NCBI GenBank assembly: GCA_028534125.1
Contig: CM052818.1
Coordinates: forward strand, 28,460,001 to 28,524,000
Source of the DNA: Lama glama
Lineage: Eukaryota
DNA length: 64,000 nt
Direction: 5' to 3'
Position 1 is the first letter of the stretch, and every line of letters begins with the position of its first letter. The position numbers and the translations under genes were made by a program. Of this stretch, positions 12,385 through 26,102 are shown piece after piece. The notes beneath the pieces are model-generated. The model made no database searches. It was not told the DNA's origin and worked only from the letters and a program-made list of their open reading frames with translations.

Positions 12385-13172
12385 ATTTATTGAACATTCA
12401 AGCACTGTTCTAGGCATACAGACAAAAATCCTTGCCCCATGGGGCATACTCTATAGTGGGAGAAACTGCAAATAAAGAAGATGAATAAGTGAGATGTATA
12501 GTACATTAGATAGTGGGGGGGAAAAAAGGAGATAGCAGAAAGGAAGGCGAAAAGTAACAGAGAGAAGAGGGATAGGAAGGGTTGCATTTGGAATAACATG
12601 ATGGCCTGACCAGGACAATCTCATGAAAAGGCGATATTGCAGGACAGGAGAGAGCTAACTATGTGGACAATTGAAGACAAGCATTCTAAGAAGAAGAAAC
12701 GGCAAATACAAAAACACTAAGATGAAAGCATGCCTGACCTACTCCTAGAACAGGAGGAAGCCTTGACTCAAGTAGAGGGATATGAGGGTGGAACAGTGGG
12801 AGATGGGGGGGGGGAATATTGCGTATAGTCTTGTGGGTCTTTGTCAAGGCTTTGACTTTTACTCTGATGGAGATGACATGCCTGAATGATATTGATTAGA
12901 CAAGTGACTCAACTCAGGTTGGTATTTTGAGAATAAATAGAAGGGAGAAAAGTAGAGAAGTGGGTAGATCAGTTTTAAAGCTTTTTATTCATCCTGGTAA
13001 AAGATGAAGGGTCCCTTGTCCCAGGATAGAAGCAATGAATGTGATGAGAAGTAGTTAAATTTTGAATATAATCTGAAAGTTACTCTCTGAGGGATTGGAT
13101 ATAGAGTGTGAGAGTCACACAAGGGTCAAGGATGACTCCAAGGTTTTTACATGAGCAACTGGAAGAATGTCA
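12385..13172 (-). mobile_element. L2 (L2a-like) 3' portion
   Basis: atttattgaacatt..gcactgttctagg..gactttttactctga..gtcaaggatgactccaaggttttt..gagcaactggaagaatg. Confidence 0.8.
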
Positions 13173-13569
13173 GTTCTTTTCTCTTTCCCCCTTTCTCTCT
13201 GTTTCTCTCATATTTAGGGGCTTACTGGATGAAAATAAGAGATCTTCATCTTCTAAAATCTGGATTTCTAACAAGTTTATAAATGAAGATTCTGCTAATC
13301 AGTGACTAACCAGAGGACTCTACATGAGAATTGGAGGGAAAAAGATCTCCAACATATTCTAAAGCCAATATTCTAGAAATATTCATAAATATATTGTTAA
13401 AGTCTTTATAGAAATCAAATGATACAATATTGATAAAAGGGATTCTTTCTTTGTTAGCTCAATAATCTGTTTTATAATACTCTGTCTACATTGTTTAAGG
13501 TTCTATTTTTTTGTAGATTAAACTGTTAATATCACTTGTTGACATATTTCTTCTTAGATTGTGGCATTT

Positions 13570-13840
13570 TAGTGCAAGAAAGGTTTCTTTCTTGCCTATG
13601 AAAAGTCTAGTGAGAGTCATTCTATTCCCCTACCAGGCTGTGGTTCAGAGGTTCAAGTTCCAAACATCTAAAAAATATATTCCAAGGACATCAAGAAAGA
13701 GGAAGTGAGAACTATGTGGAGTGTATAAGCTTTTTAAAAAAATTATCCCTAAAATGGCACACTGACTTTCATTCACACTTCTTTGGCTGCAACAATCAAG
13801 CCATCTTACTATAAGAAGTTTAAGAAGTAAAAGGAAATAA
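13570..13840 (-). mobile_element. Old MaLR LTR fragment (MLT1J/K-like)
   Basis: ggtttctttcttgcctatgaaaagtc..atggcacactgactttcattcacacttctttggc; degenerate. Confidence 0.4.
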
Positions 13841-13989
13841 ATGGAACATCTAAAAAAACACCACTTTCTATGCTGCTGGTAACTTACCTAGAATCTGTAT
13901 CTTCTGACTCTCCGCCCTGCCAAAAATCACAGTACTTGATCTTACAGAGTTAGTATATAACTTTTTAACATTGTGGATTGTGATGATAT

Positions 13990-14220
13990 AAAAGGACAGT
14001 CACTGAAATTTGCTAGGAGAGCAGAACTTAAATGTTATCATCACTCTCTCCTCCCTTGCAAAAAAAAAAAAAAAGGTAAATATGTGAGGTGATGGATGTG
14101 TTAATTAATTCAATGTGGGAGAATCCTTTCACAATGTATATGTATTATCAAATCATGCTGTACACTTTAAATATCTTTAAATTTTATTTTTCAACTATCC
14201 TGTAATAAAAATAAATAAAT
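13990..14220 (+). mobile_element. L1 3' UTR end (L1MA8/9-like)
   Basis: gaaatttgctaggagagcagaacttaaatg..atgtgaggtgatggatgtgttaatta..tgtacactttaaatat, followed by an aataaa-rich tail. Confidence 0.85.
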
Positions 14221-14419
14221 AGAGTAATTGAATCGAGTTATTCAAGGGAATGACACTAGACAAATGGTACGGCTGGAACAACATTCAAGACATGAACATT
14301 GTAGAGGACCCTCCTCCTCCAAGGGCTCCCCTTCCTGTAGAAACTGGAAAGGAATTCTGGATTTGAAACTTTGGACTTCTGACTGATTTCCCCCATTTTT
14401 TCCCCTAATTCTTCATCTC

Positions 14420-15770
14420 ATTTATTTCTACTCTAATCTTTATTATTTCCTCCTATATGCTTGCTTTAGGTTTAGTATCTCCTTCTTCTTATTTTGTTGT
14501 TCTCATTAAATTTAAGGCTTTTGTATTGCTGTGAGATCCTTCTTCTTTTCAAAAAATAGAAGTTTACAGCAATAATCTCTCTCTCAACACAGCTTTAGCT
14601 GCATTCCCTAAGTGTTGGCATGTTTTTTTCTGTTTTCATTTATATCAAAGTATTTTCCAATTTCCCTTTTTTCCTTTGCCCATTAGATATTTAGGAGACT
14701 ATTTTTAACTTCCATAACTTAAAAAAATCAAAATTTCATTTATTATTAATTTTTAATTTTATTCTGCTAGGATAGGATAGTATTTTGTACAATTTCTACC
14801 ATTTTAAAATTTATTAAGGTGTATTTTATAACCTAATGTATGGTCAATACTACAAAATGGACCGTATGCAGTTGAGAAGAATGTGTATCAGCTATTGTTG
14901 GATTATGTGTTCTATAGATATCTATTAAGTCTATTTGGTTTATAGTGTTATGTCCTCTATTTCCTTATTAATTTTCTGCCTAATTGCCCTACACATTCTT
15001 AAAAATGAAGTATTGAAGCCTCCAACTGTACAGTATTTCTCTTTTCAATTTTGTTCCTTTCTGCTACATATATTTTGGAGTTCTTTTGTTTGGTGCATGT
15101 AATTTCATAGTAATTATATCTTCAAGATGAATTAATCTGTTTAACTTGCTTCTTTGACTCCTGTGATAATTTTTGTGGTTAAATTCTATTTTTGTGTGTG
15201 ATATTAGTGTAGCCAGTCCAGATCTCTCTGGGGCACTTTTTCCATCCTTTCTCTTTGAACATATTTGCATCTTTGAGACTAAAATTTTTTTCTCATGTAT
15301 ATATAGTGTATTGTCAGATCTTATGCTTTTTATCTGTTCTTCAAATCTCTGCCTTTTGATTACTGTTTAATTCGTTCACTTTAATTACCATTACTGATAG
15401 AGTAGAATTTATGTATGCCAAGTTGCTATGTGTTTTTAAAAAATTTTATGACTTTTTTCCCCTAATCTCTAGGAACAGGAATGTCCCTATTCCTCCATTA
15501 CTTCTTTCTTTTGTTTTAAATAGAAAGTTTCTAGTACACCATTCTTATTCTCTTGTTTTTTCTTTACTTTTTATTTTTGGATTACTTCCTAGTAGTTATC
15601 CTAGGAATTCTATTTTGCATATTGACTTAAAACAATCTTGTTCATGTTAATACCAACTTAATTTCAATAGCATACAAACTTTTTCTTTCTATTAACTCTA
15701 CAACTTTCTCCCCTCCAAGTGTTATTATTGAAATATAAATTTTATCTTTCTACATTATAAGTTTATCCCT
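14420..15770 (-). mobile_element. Old L1 internal fragment (ORF2 endonuclease region and upstream)
   Basis: gctttagctgcattcc, gcagttgagaagaatgtgtat, tattgaagcctccaact and tcaaatctctgccttttgatt are typical reverse-strand L1M ORF2 5' sequence. Confidence 0.8.
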
Positions 15771-16162
15771 AAACAGAATCCAAGTAAGTAATTATTTATA
15801 GTAAAGTAAATTTCAGGAAATATTTTGATCTCTAAGGCCACCACAGAGAATGTAATGAACTCTCAGAATCTAATTAGGTTCTAGTCTAATCTATCCCAAA
15901 TAAGACAGCAGATTTTAGTTTGAGTTAATATACATTGAGATTCACCATTTATCCTAAAAGTGGAGTTCAGTGTCAAGTTCACATATGTTACCATCAAAAG
16001 TCCAGAAAATTCAACAGGTTAGGTTAAGGAAATGTTAAATTGAAGCCATACAATACAATTTCCAAAACTTGACCTATTCATACAAAGGTAATAGGCACTT
16101 TAAAATAAGATAACCATAGATGTTCAGAAATTTCTCTATATTGTTCTTAATCCTTCAGATTA

Positions 16163-16652
16163 TGTGTTTGATGGTCCAAAAGACCTCACTTAGGTTCACT
16201 GATTTGCTCAAGGGACTCACAGAGCTCAAGAAACCTATTATATCCACAGTTACAGTTTATTATAGCAAAAGGGAAAGACACATACGGCATGTTTCAGGAA
16301 ACACTAGTTATAAGCTTCCAATTTTTCTCACACTGGAGTCAAATGTGCAACACTTATTTCCTCCAGCAGCAGTATGTGACATTATGCATAGAGCACTGCC
16401 AACCAAGAAAGTTCACCTGAGCCTTGGTGTGGACCTTCACAAAAGCAGGGCTGATTTGAGTCTCCAGCCCTTTCAGAGGTCCAAGCTGATTCTGCGTGAT
16501 CCAAGACCCCCACAGGAACAAAGACACTCTCATCAGAGAGGATATCCCAAGGCCTCAGAAGTTACCTTTCAAGAGCAAGCCAAAGCTAAACACTTCTATG
16601 GAATGTGCAAAGTGTGGACGCCCAGACTTGATGAGTTAATCTTTTACTGCAT
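16163..16652 (-). mobile_element. ERVL-type LTR (MER21-like)
   Basis: aagacctcacttaggttcactgatttgctcaagggactcacagagctcaag..gttacagtttattatagc (AATAAA on minus), gaaagttcacctgagccttggtgt. Confidence 0.75.
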
Positions 16653-16884
16653 GAGATCCCAGCATGAGAAGCCATGGGACAGACTGAGTCTCATGTAAAA
16701 GACTCATGCTTCTGGGAGAGCCTGAGGTCTCATCCATATGCTGGAAGAAATACTTATTATCATCCTAGGACAAAAATGTCCCACTAGGTTTACACAGTCA
16801 AGAGAAAGCATTATTTCCCTGGGCAATTTTTTCCCTGCAACTAAACAGTCTTCTGGTGAACTCCTTAAGCCATCTATAAAATAA

Positions 16885-17310
16885 AAGTTTACTACATACT
16901 ACTCACTGGGTATCTGGAAATAAAACAATACAGTATCTACCCTCAAAGAAATCATACTCAAGTGCAGAGAAATAAAAATATGTTTAAATATGGTAAAAAT
17001 AGATGCTGTGAAAAGCATAAGCATAGGACATAATGAGGAACAAAGAAAGGGTCCCTTACTTAGCCAGAGCAGAGATCACTACTAACAGGAAGTGACATTA
17101 AATCTGAATTTTAAAGGATGAATAGGAGAAAGAGAGGAGAAGAAAAGCACATTATTGTCAGAAATCAGCCCCTCCACATTCATGAAGTTATGAAAATATA
17201 ATGAACTGCTTGGGGGAAATGTGGATAAAGTTAAAGCTGTGGAGTGCTAAAACCACAAAAAAGCATGATGCCCATGGAAATGTGTGGAAAAGTCAGGACC
17301 ATATACACAA
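16885..17310 (-). mobile_element. L2 fragment (L2c-like)
   Basis: ctaccctcaaagaaatcatactca..ggaagtgacattaaatctgaattttaaaggatgaatagga. Confidence 0.55.
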
Positions 17311-19560
17311 GGCTGATCTGCTCTCTGACATACTAAACTTTCTGGCTATTTTATTTCCTCACAAACAAAAGGCAAATTCAAATACATAGTAAAAACGAAA
17401 TTTTAACTGAACTTGCATTTTCTGTTTGTATACACGTAAACAAACAAATATAACAAGGCCCAGTAGATATTAGTTGAATTTATGTAAACTGGTGAATCTC
17501 ACAGAGATGCAGTAGGTTAACTCTCAGGAAAGCAAAATAATATTTAATAAAGCTATACTGAATTATTAGAGATGAATCTGTGAAAAACAACATCAGATGG
17601 AGAATCTCATATCATAGCCCTTTTGTGCTGTTACTACACTCCTTATTAAGAGCAAGATGCCTATTTTTCTAGCACTTTGCAGTCCCTGCATGCAATAGGA
17701 ACACAGAAATTCAGAAATAATTGAACTTTACCCAGATCTTACCACTTGTGAACACAAGTCTAACTGTCTGCATCTTAGAAATGGCCAGATGTGAAATGGC
17801 CAGATACTTCTCCTGATGGCAAACTGTAAATGCCCTTAAACTGCACCTTCCATGTCACAGACATCATAAGGGTGAAGTCAATTTCAAAACTGCCCTTGGA
17901 GCATGAACTCTTCAATGACTTTCCCATAATACTGTGAAAGTAAGGTTAGAACTTGGGGAAGATGCTCAGCTAGACTTGAGGTAAATCAGATGCCACAACT
18001 GTGAAGCAATGATCATTTCTGCAAATCAACCAGAGAAATATTACAATGCACATATCAATAAAAACTCTAAAAATATAATGGGATTCCTAAGAGGGCTTTG
18101 TAGATAGATACTATGTAGATATGAAATTTGAGATAGTATACCTTTGGTTTAAATCCCTTTTTACTCTTTAAGAGACTCAAAATTATACTATAAAATGGAT
18201 TATTTTAAGTCTGCACAATCATTTAAGACATACTGACAAAAATCTTGCTATGACTGAAAAGAGACAGAGCAAGGGGAGCATCTTCCCTGAGTGATGAAAC
18301 TGGAGTGTAAAGGACAAGCTCCCTAGAATTGCTCCTCCATTGTATGTTCTTAACTTCTGCTTTTGAAGCCTGCTTCCTATTTCTAGCCTTCCTTCATGCA
18401 TTTGGGCCCATTACAGTCAAATCCTAATATAAACACAAAGTTAATAAAGGGACATCTCTGAATCTGGTCACACAAAAGACTAAAAGGTTTTAAAGGATTT
18501 CTTTAGCAAAAAGTTAAATAACATCTATTGAAAGATTATATTTTTCCCCAAATAAAGCTGGAATGATTGCTGGAATGTATTTTGGAAATTGTTCTCAATG
18601 CCTCCACTTTAGATAACAATTAGAACAATTTAATTGGTTCCCCATACTCCAATCCAATTCATGCAATAGCTCTGGAAAAACTTACACATGATGACAAATA
18701 CATTTAAACTAATATTAAACTAATTCCCCTTATTAGTCTTTAAATGAATATGTGTTGTCAGCTGGATTCAGTGGCTGTTTGCCGTTTGTGAAAGCCAGAG
18801 ATTAATAATAGCCTGTCTGAAGGAACAGATTTATTCTCTGGCCTCCCTGGTAGAATAAAAATGTTAAAGGCTGAATGTTGAATTCATTGCTAACAATTAA
18901 TTTCCCTTGATAATGCATGTGTTGTGGGCACTTTGTGAGTGCAACTGGTCAGCATTCGTATTAGTCTGAAATATCAGCTCTGTAAGTGATGTTGGAGCTT
19001 GGCTCAAAACATCCACAATGTACACAGCTGACTGAGTAGGAGATGGAGGTCATTCATGGAGATGGGAGCATTTCTTTAACTTTAGCCACTCAGCTATAAT
19101 TTATAGGGAATGTAAATGGTTTTGAATGACTCTGTTTGATTCCATATCTATCAAAAATTATTTCTTATCAGTCCTATAAATTCTACCTAACACTTGGAAT
19201 AAGCAACAACAGATGATCTGTACAGGAAAGCAGTGAATAGCATGGGATCTAACATGAAAAGAAATAGAATAAAAAATCAAGACTTGATGAAAACTTATCA
19301 AGGCTGTTTTGCAGTAACATGTGCCAAATTATTTTAGAGTTATGCAACTCTCTGAAACAAACTGTTAAGTTACTATGAATAAAGTTGATAGAAGGGTCAT
19401 CACGGCATTCCTCCCACACAAATGAATGTCTGTATTCTTTTTCAGTAACCTAGCTGTGAGATGCAGTTATGCAAAGAACAAGAGTAGATCAGAACAGGCA
19501 CAGCTATCTGTAGTCCTTGTCAGGTTATAAAATCTTTAGTTAAGAAATTACTATCTAGAA

Positions 19561-19774
19561 CATGGGTTGGACAACTGTGGCTCACAGATCATATCTGTCC
19601 CTGCCTGTTTTGTAAAAAGCTTCATTAGAGCAAAGCCATATTTGTTCATTTTGTTTTAACTGTGGCTGTTTTCACACTACAAAGGTGGAGTTGAGTAATT
19701 GTAACCGAGACTGAAAGGCCTATAAAACCTAATGTATTTACTACCTGGCCCTTTTGGGAAATCTGTTGGCCCTG
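19561..19774 (+). mobile_element. hAT-Charlie MITE MER58A-like
   Basis: catgggttggacaact..gcctgttttgtaaa..gagttgagtaattgtaaccgagac..tatttactacctggccc..ccctg, with a degenerate 8-bp TSD atctagaa/gtccagaa. Confidence 0.8.
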
Positions 19775-21687
19775 GTCCAGAACTTGTAGACTGCATTGTA
19801 ATGCACCCGCCCATCATCCCTGCACCCACTGACAGTACGAGGTCCTACAAAGTTGAGCCCCTAAACTGCAATGAATCATCTCCAAACTAGAGATCTCTGT
19901 GGGGGTCCCACTAAGATGAGATCATGCTGTCTTCAGCATTACCAATTGCCTACAAAGGTTCTGACATTAGACAGCAAGCCAGAATTAGATGAGACCCTGA
20001 GTCCTTGTGTCATGGACATATATGCTTGTGGGGAAGAAATATATTAAACACACAATTACACAAAGGAGTACTTATTCATTTTAGAAATAGCATGTAAAAT
20101 AGTCCAACGCACATAAGAGTTATAATTTTGCGGGGTTGGGGACAATGACAGGGAAGACAGTATTGCCTGAAGGGTGAGTAGAAGATCAGATGAGAAGTGT
20201 GTTGGACAGAGAAGGTCAGGATGTATGCAGCCCTGAGACAGAAGGTGTTTCATATCTTCAAAGAAGAAAGACCATGGGATGTATAGTCATAAAAGAAAAA
20301 TGTATTAGAAACCATGGCTAGATGTGACTAAAAATCTATCTAAAAAAATACTCATTTATTGAGGCTTCTAAATTTTAGCCTCCAAGCGTTTACTGAAAAG
20401 CCTCACTATAATTGTAGTCAGACTAGGAGACGGCTCAGCAATCTTTGAAAAAATACAGGCCAAGAGAGAGAAATCAAGAAGTGATGACCACTTGCCTCTG
20501 AAGACACACTTGCCAGTATTTTCAAGAGAATTCTTATGGTGGCAAAGAGAATGGGCTTTGAATGACCGCTGGTCATTCTGATTCCCTTTGTGGTCTTGTT
20601 AGTCATTCTTGGCAGAGATCTCATTCCTGATTTAAAGTGAACAGAAGTATTACTTTTTAGATTCCACATATAAAACATGATATATGTTGAAGAGAAAGGG
20701 AAAAAAAAAAGTGAACAGAAGACCTTTGGAGTCTATGAAGGAGGACGTAGGCCTAAAATTCCCCTGGGGCCTTCTCAATAAACAGTAGAGACTAAGTGTA
20801 TAAGGAAGAATCTTCCTGTCTAGTCCACTTTTTAACCTCTAAGGAATATTCAAAAATACAAATACTCACACCTCTGCTTTGAATCAAATGTCTTTTCAGC
20901 ATCCAACAGTTTTCCTCTTTCTACTCTCCACAGATCAGCTGCCGGAAATAGCTACTTACATAAAGTAGTTCAAGGGGTGAGTTCTAAATGCATTCTTAGA
21001 AACTTGTGAGGAACAAGGGAATAAATAACTATAGTAGTAATTCAAGCAACTTGTTTTAATTGGTTTTAACTTTCAGGTTAAGTAAAACTGTCCTGAGAAG
21101 CTTCCAAAAAGTGAGAAGATTCTTCAAACAATGACTTCAGTAATCTACTTAAAGAAGTTACATTCCTTTGTCATTCTCCCAGATCCAGAGCCCCCCTTGC
21201 CTGGAATAAAGAATTTGCCCTGGTTATCTCCTTCAAGGGGGGGGTGGTGGGGCAGCATGGAACTGAGGCTTAATAAAAGGATAGTATCTCTCTCCCTAAG
21301 GTATAAATGGATGATTTAAAAATACAGAAAAACAAGCAAAATGAACACTAATGACAGTCAACAACTGATTTCTCATATGCATCTTCTCCCTCCCCAAGCT
21401 CTGTATCTCACTCCTTTCAAGCTTCCTGCTTCCCAAGCCATCTCCTTCCTCTATCCTCTTTTCTAATTACAGTCTCTATCATTTTTCTCCAGTTATCCCA
21501 TCTTGGTTACATATCAAAAAGCAAAAATATTAATGTATACAATGCTCAGATCATTCAATGACCTATTACTTGGTCTTTGAGAAAGGCACCATGTTTTATA
21601 ACATAAAAATATGTCATTTTTATGACCTCAATTTTGAGATTGCATCTAAATCACAGGTGTACCTAAATTTTCTAAATATATTCTACG

Positions 21688-22199
21688 TGCATTAGTTTCC
21701 TAGGTCTGCTGTAGCAAATTACCACCAATGGCTTAAAATAACAATGTATCACAGTTCTGAAAGCTAGCAGTCCAAAATCAAGGTGTCAGCAGTGTCCAGG
21801 TTTTCTCTGAAGACTCTAGGGGATGAATCTTCCTTGCCTCTTCCTAGCCTCTCACTGTTGCTGGCAATCCTTCGCATTCCTTGGTTTGTAGACACATCAC
21901 TCCAGTTTCTACCTCCATCAACACATGGCTACTTTCTGTGTGTCTTTATATCATTTTCTTCCCGTGCATGAATCTTTCTGTTTCTCCACATGAGCTTTTC
22001 CTCTCTAAGTGTGCTATCCAAATTTCCTTGGCTCTTAAGGATACCAGTCATTAGATTAGGGCTCACTGTCATTAGCATAAACAGATCTTACATTGGTTAT
22101 ATCTGCAAAGACCCAGCTCCCAAATATGGCCACGTTCACAGGTGCCAGGGATTAGGACTTTAACATATTTTTTGGGTGGACACAATCCAAACCATAACA
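21688..22199 (-). mobile_element. MaLR LTR (MLT1C-like)
   Basis: tgcattagtttcctaggtctgctgtagcaaatttaccac..gtccaaaatcaaggtgtcagcag..acacaatccaaaccataaca. Confidence 0.85.
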
Positions 22200-24364
22200 G
22201 TATAGATCATTACTTTTTTCTAAATAGTTCTAAAGTCTATTCTGATTTATTTTAGTTTTTAACCACTCAATGTTTATTAAATACCAACAGACTAATTTTG
22301 ATCATCCTTTTATCTTCTCCAAATCTTCTTCTTGGAAACATCAAGCCTTAGTCCCTCATTCTAGTATCTAGGGATGTAATGACTAAGACTGGCTGTGTCC
22401 TCATTGCAGTTATCATAAATGTATCAAATTTAATCCTTTTCACATTTATTTGAAAGATAGAAACACTCTAAATCAAATAAATTGTATCCTCACATTAGAT
22501 TCTCATGATTGGCTCTTATTGGACCTACTTCCAATTTGATGTTATTCACATATCCTCCATGGCTCCCCTCACTTTTTACTTCCTTTGTTCTCCTTTTCCT
22601 CTTTTTGTGCTTTGTCCCCATTTTCCCAAGTAAAACTGTAATCCAGAAGTGTGCAAAGCAATATGTGAAATGATTACATATCTACCTTTTTTCTTGCTCT
22701 GTCCCATAAAGCAGTTGAGAGAAAGGACAGCTGAATTCTGTTAGATTCTCTTTGTGTATAAGTTGTAAAAGAAAGTGGTCAGCAATAGACTAATTCTTGG
22801 AATGCTGCTCTAGGTACATAAAAGGGAGTACTAGGAAATTTCAAACTCATGCATTTTCAGGAGCTCATGAGAGCTACCAGCAGCTGCATGGAAAAAAAAA
22901 TTCTTTGGGAGTTTCCATGAAAGGTTTTCTAAAGGCACGAAGAGGCCAAGGACTGTAGATATGGAAGGAACTAAAGGGCATGATTTATGTATGTGCTCCT
23001 GTTTGAAGGATTATGATTCATAACTTCTGAAACAGGTTTCCCTGCTTGAGCAAAAGGGGAAGGGTAATATAGTAGTCAGCAAGGTCTGCACGTGTAAGTA
23101 CACACATACTCACATGTGTACATACACACACTCCTTAACATCTACTGTTCTGTACCAAAGGAGCAGCATATAAGAAAGGACTCAGCTTTGGGTTTTGGTT
23201 ATCAGTATTTGATGAGATTAGAAAAAGAAAAATATACAAAAGCAAATTTTGGGGAGCTTTATATGTATTCTGCTGTTCTTAATCCTCTTCTCTGTAGGCT
23301 TACTTGGAAAGGCAACTAAGTTTAGAAGTGGTAGCTGTAAATCCCATACTTTGTTTACCGTTCAGGCAATAGCATGTTTCACCTCTTTTTTTATTAACTG
23401 TTGGAACTTGGACCAATAAGTCACTGGCCTTGAGGAACATCCTGAACATCAGCCTCTAAAACCTGTACAACTGCCCCAGATACAGACAGTGTAGGAGCTG
23501 TGGCTAAGAGATGGTAGACTGAATACCACATTACAGAATGCCAACCTCTCTGGTGTCCTTTTTGGACGCAGTCTGGAGATCAAGGTCAGTTTGACAATTC
23601 TGCAGCAAAGGCAGCAAGAGACAGATGGACTGAAAATCTGCTCAGAGCACCATATCACTCAATCAATTTTTTTTCAGAATTATATCATACATTCATTTAA
23701 GCATTTTAAATATCTTCTTGTTAAAGTAACTGAAATTGGTCTTGTTACATAAATTTTGGAGAAGCTTATAGGGAGAACTTTCAAATTCCCATAGATGAAG
23801 CAAACGCCTAAGAGACAAGACTTTTCCAATTGTACATTTTTAGTTAACTAAATCAAAACTTTCAGGGGAGAAAAGTGCTAATATGGTCAAAATAAATCAA
23901 AGTTATAAAAATTGTATAAGCAAGGAGAACATGACTTAGTGAAAGACAATGAACAAGACTAATTTGATGGATTCTAAAAAGCATAAATCTCTTCTTAAAG
24001 ATGATGAGTCTAAATAATGAACAAGGGAGCTCTGTTTCATGCTTCAGGGAATATAGTATGATCTGTGTATTCACAGGTTAAAGGCAGGAATACAGTCACC
24101 ATCAGAGAAGGAAATATATAATACCACTTGAGGACTTCTCATAAGGCAAAGGAAGTAGACATATCCAGGTGTGACACAGCTGCCAAAATTTCTTCTAGAT
24201 AAAAATAAATTTTAAATAAATATAAGGGCCTGACATATCAAATTGGTAAATGTTCTATCTCCTTAGAAGAATAAGTCAACCTCTTCTAACTTGTCAAAAA
24301 ATATTCAAACCACTAATTTTTCTCCTGCTTTTGTGAGAAAAATTACTAGGAGCAGTGTTAAAAA

Positions 24365-24690
24365 TTCAAACTAATTCACTGAGTGCCTACACTCTATTAA
24401 ACACATTGTGGGGATTAAGAGGTCACAAACAAAAGTTATTGCATTTGTTTCCAAGAATGTTACAATATACCAAGGAGACTTGCATTTAGATAAAACAAGA
24501 CAGTGGAATACATTATTTGCTGTAATGGAGTCAAGGACAAGATGTAATGACAGCACAGTGGATGGAGCTCCTAAATCTGAGCAAGGAGGAGTCTTTTGGG
24601 CTTCCCAGAGGAGTGGAGTAGAAGCATAATGGGGGGACTTTGAGAAGTGAATAGAAATTCACAAGTAGTAGTGTTATGCAAGTACAATTC
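24365..24690 (-). mobile_element. L2 fragment
   Basis: ttcactgagtgcctacactct..ggcttcccagaggag. Confidence 0.55.
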
Positions 24691-24804
24691 TAACCACACG
24701 GGGAGAGGAAGGACGTGGATGATGACTTTCTCTAACACGTTGAAAACTGATTTTGAGGCCTGATGTCAAATTTTGTTATAAAATGAAATATCTGCCATAT
24801 TACA

Positions 24805-25700
24805 AGATGAATAAAATAGACAAAATTCAAGCAAAGTTGATCAAAGAGAGAAACATACCTCTATATACACACATGATTTATGCACTATATCTATTCACAT
24901 ATATATGTACTGTAGTGCATATATGTGTGTATATGAGTGTGTATGTATATATATAATATAGTAATTATATTTTAAATCATAAACAAATAAATGATTTAAT
25001 GCCAATAAATTATAAAGCATATATATGATTGAAATTTTATAAAATTAATAAACATATGACCAAATTATCTCAAGAAGAAACTGGAACTGAATGGATCAAT
25101 AGGCACTAAATAAATGAAACAGGCAGTCAAATGCTCTCCACTTTCTCTTCTCTCCAACACCACCAAGTCCAGATGCTATTACAGGCAAGTTTAGCAAACC
25201 TTCCCAAATGGTTTATCTCAGACCTTCCCAACTTTTCCAGAGGATATAATGAAGGGAAGTTTATCCAGTTCATTTTATGAGAGTCACAGAACTAAAATGC
25301 TAGAGTTAGACAAGGGCACTACAGAAAAAACAATTCTAGGCTAATTCACTCACAGAGTCACAACTTCAGATACATTCAATTGTATTAGTAAACTGATTCC
25401 AAAAATGTGTAAAAATTTACTTATCAGGAATGCAAAACAGTCTATCCTCACAATCCATTAAGAGAGGGAAGAATGCATATGATCATCGTGAAACAGACAG
25501 AAAAATCATCAAATAAATTTTGCTTGCAATGGTCAATAAAACAAAAAAGGTATTTTGGAAATCAGTAACAGAAAAAAAACTTCCTATCATTTATTTAAAT
25601 TCTATAGCCAACAACATACTTAATGGTGACTATTTAGAAGCTTTTTCATCAACATGAGAAATAAAGCAAGTATATCTGCTCTTAGAACTATCACTGTGCC
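24805..25700 (+). mobile_element. Old L1 ORF2 fragment (L1M/L1ME), with (TA/TG)n insert at about 24860-24965
   Basis: aataaaatagacaaa..gatcaaagag, tgccaataaatt, caccaagtccagatg, ttcattttatgagag, tatagccaacaacatacttaatggtga. Confidence 0.7.
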
Positions 25701-26102
25701 TTTAAATGTTTCTTCGCTAACATTTCCTTCTCTTTCCTTCTGAAACTTCTACTAGACACAGGCTGAAACTTTGTATTGTATGCCAAGATTTTTAGCCTCT
25801 TTTTTCACGCTTTTCTTCTCTTTAATTTGTTTGTACTACAGAAGTACTCAGATTAACCTTCAGACACAATTTTTTTTTCAGTCTATTGTTCAACCCATCT
25901 ATTGAGATTATGTTTCCCATAACTATATTACTTGTTTTATTGTTTCTAGACTATACATTTGGTCCTCTTCTCAATTATTCTTATTTCTTCTTATTCATAC
26001 TATAATACTCTTGTCCTTTTATCTCTATTCATCTTTTTAATCATTTTGGACACTACTTTTCATTCAGATTATTCTAGTGTCTCAAAGTCACGTGGGCTTC
26101 AA
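25701..26102 (-). mobile_element. Old L1/HAL1-like ORF1-region fragment (continues at 27043-27560)
   Basis: T-rich reverse-strand L1 5'/ORF1-like sequence: ttccttctgaaacttctact, ctattgttcaacccatctattgag. Confidence 0.5.

Noticed and set aside
16120..16698. Longest gap-free ORF (192 aa)
   Set aside because: It lies almost entirely on the antisense strand of a MER21-like LTR, has no recognisable domain and no gene context.
17778..17805. Direct repeat gaaatggccagat x2
   Set aside because: A single short local duplication with no array or spacer structure.
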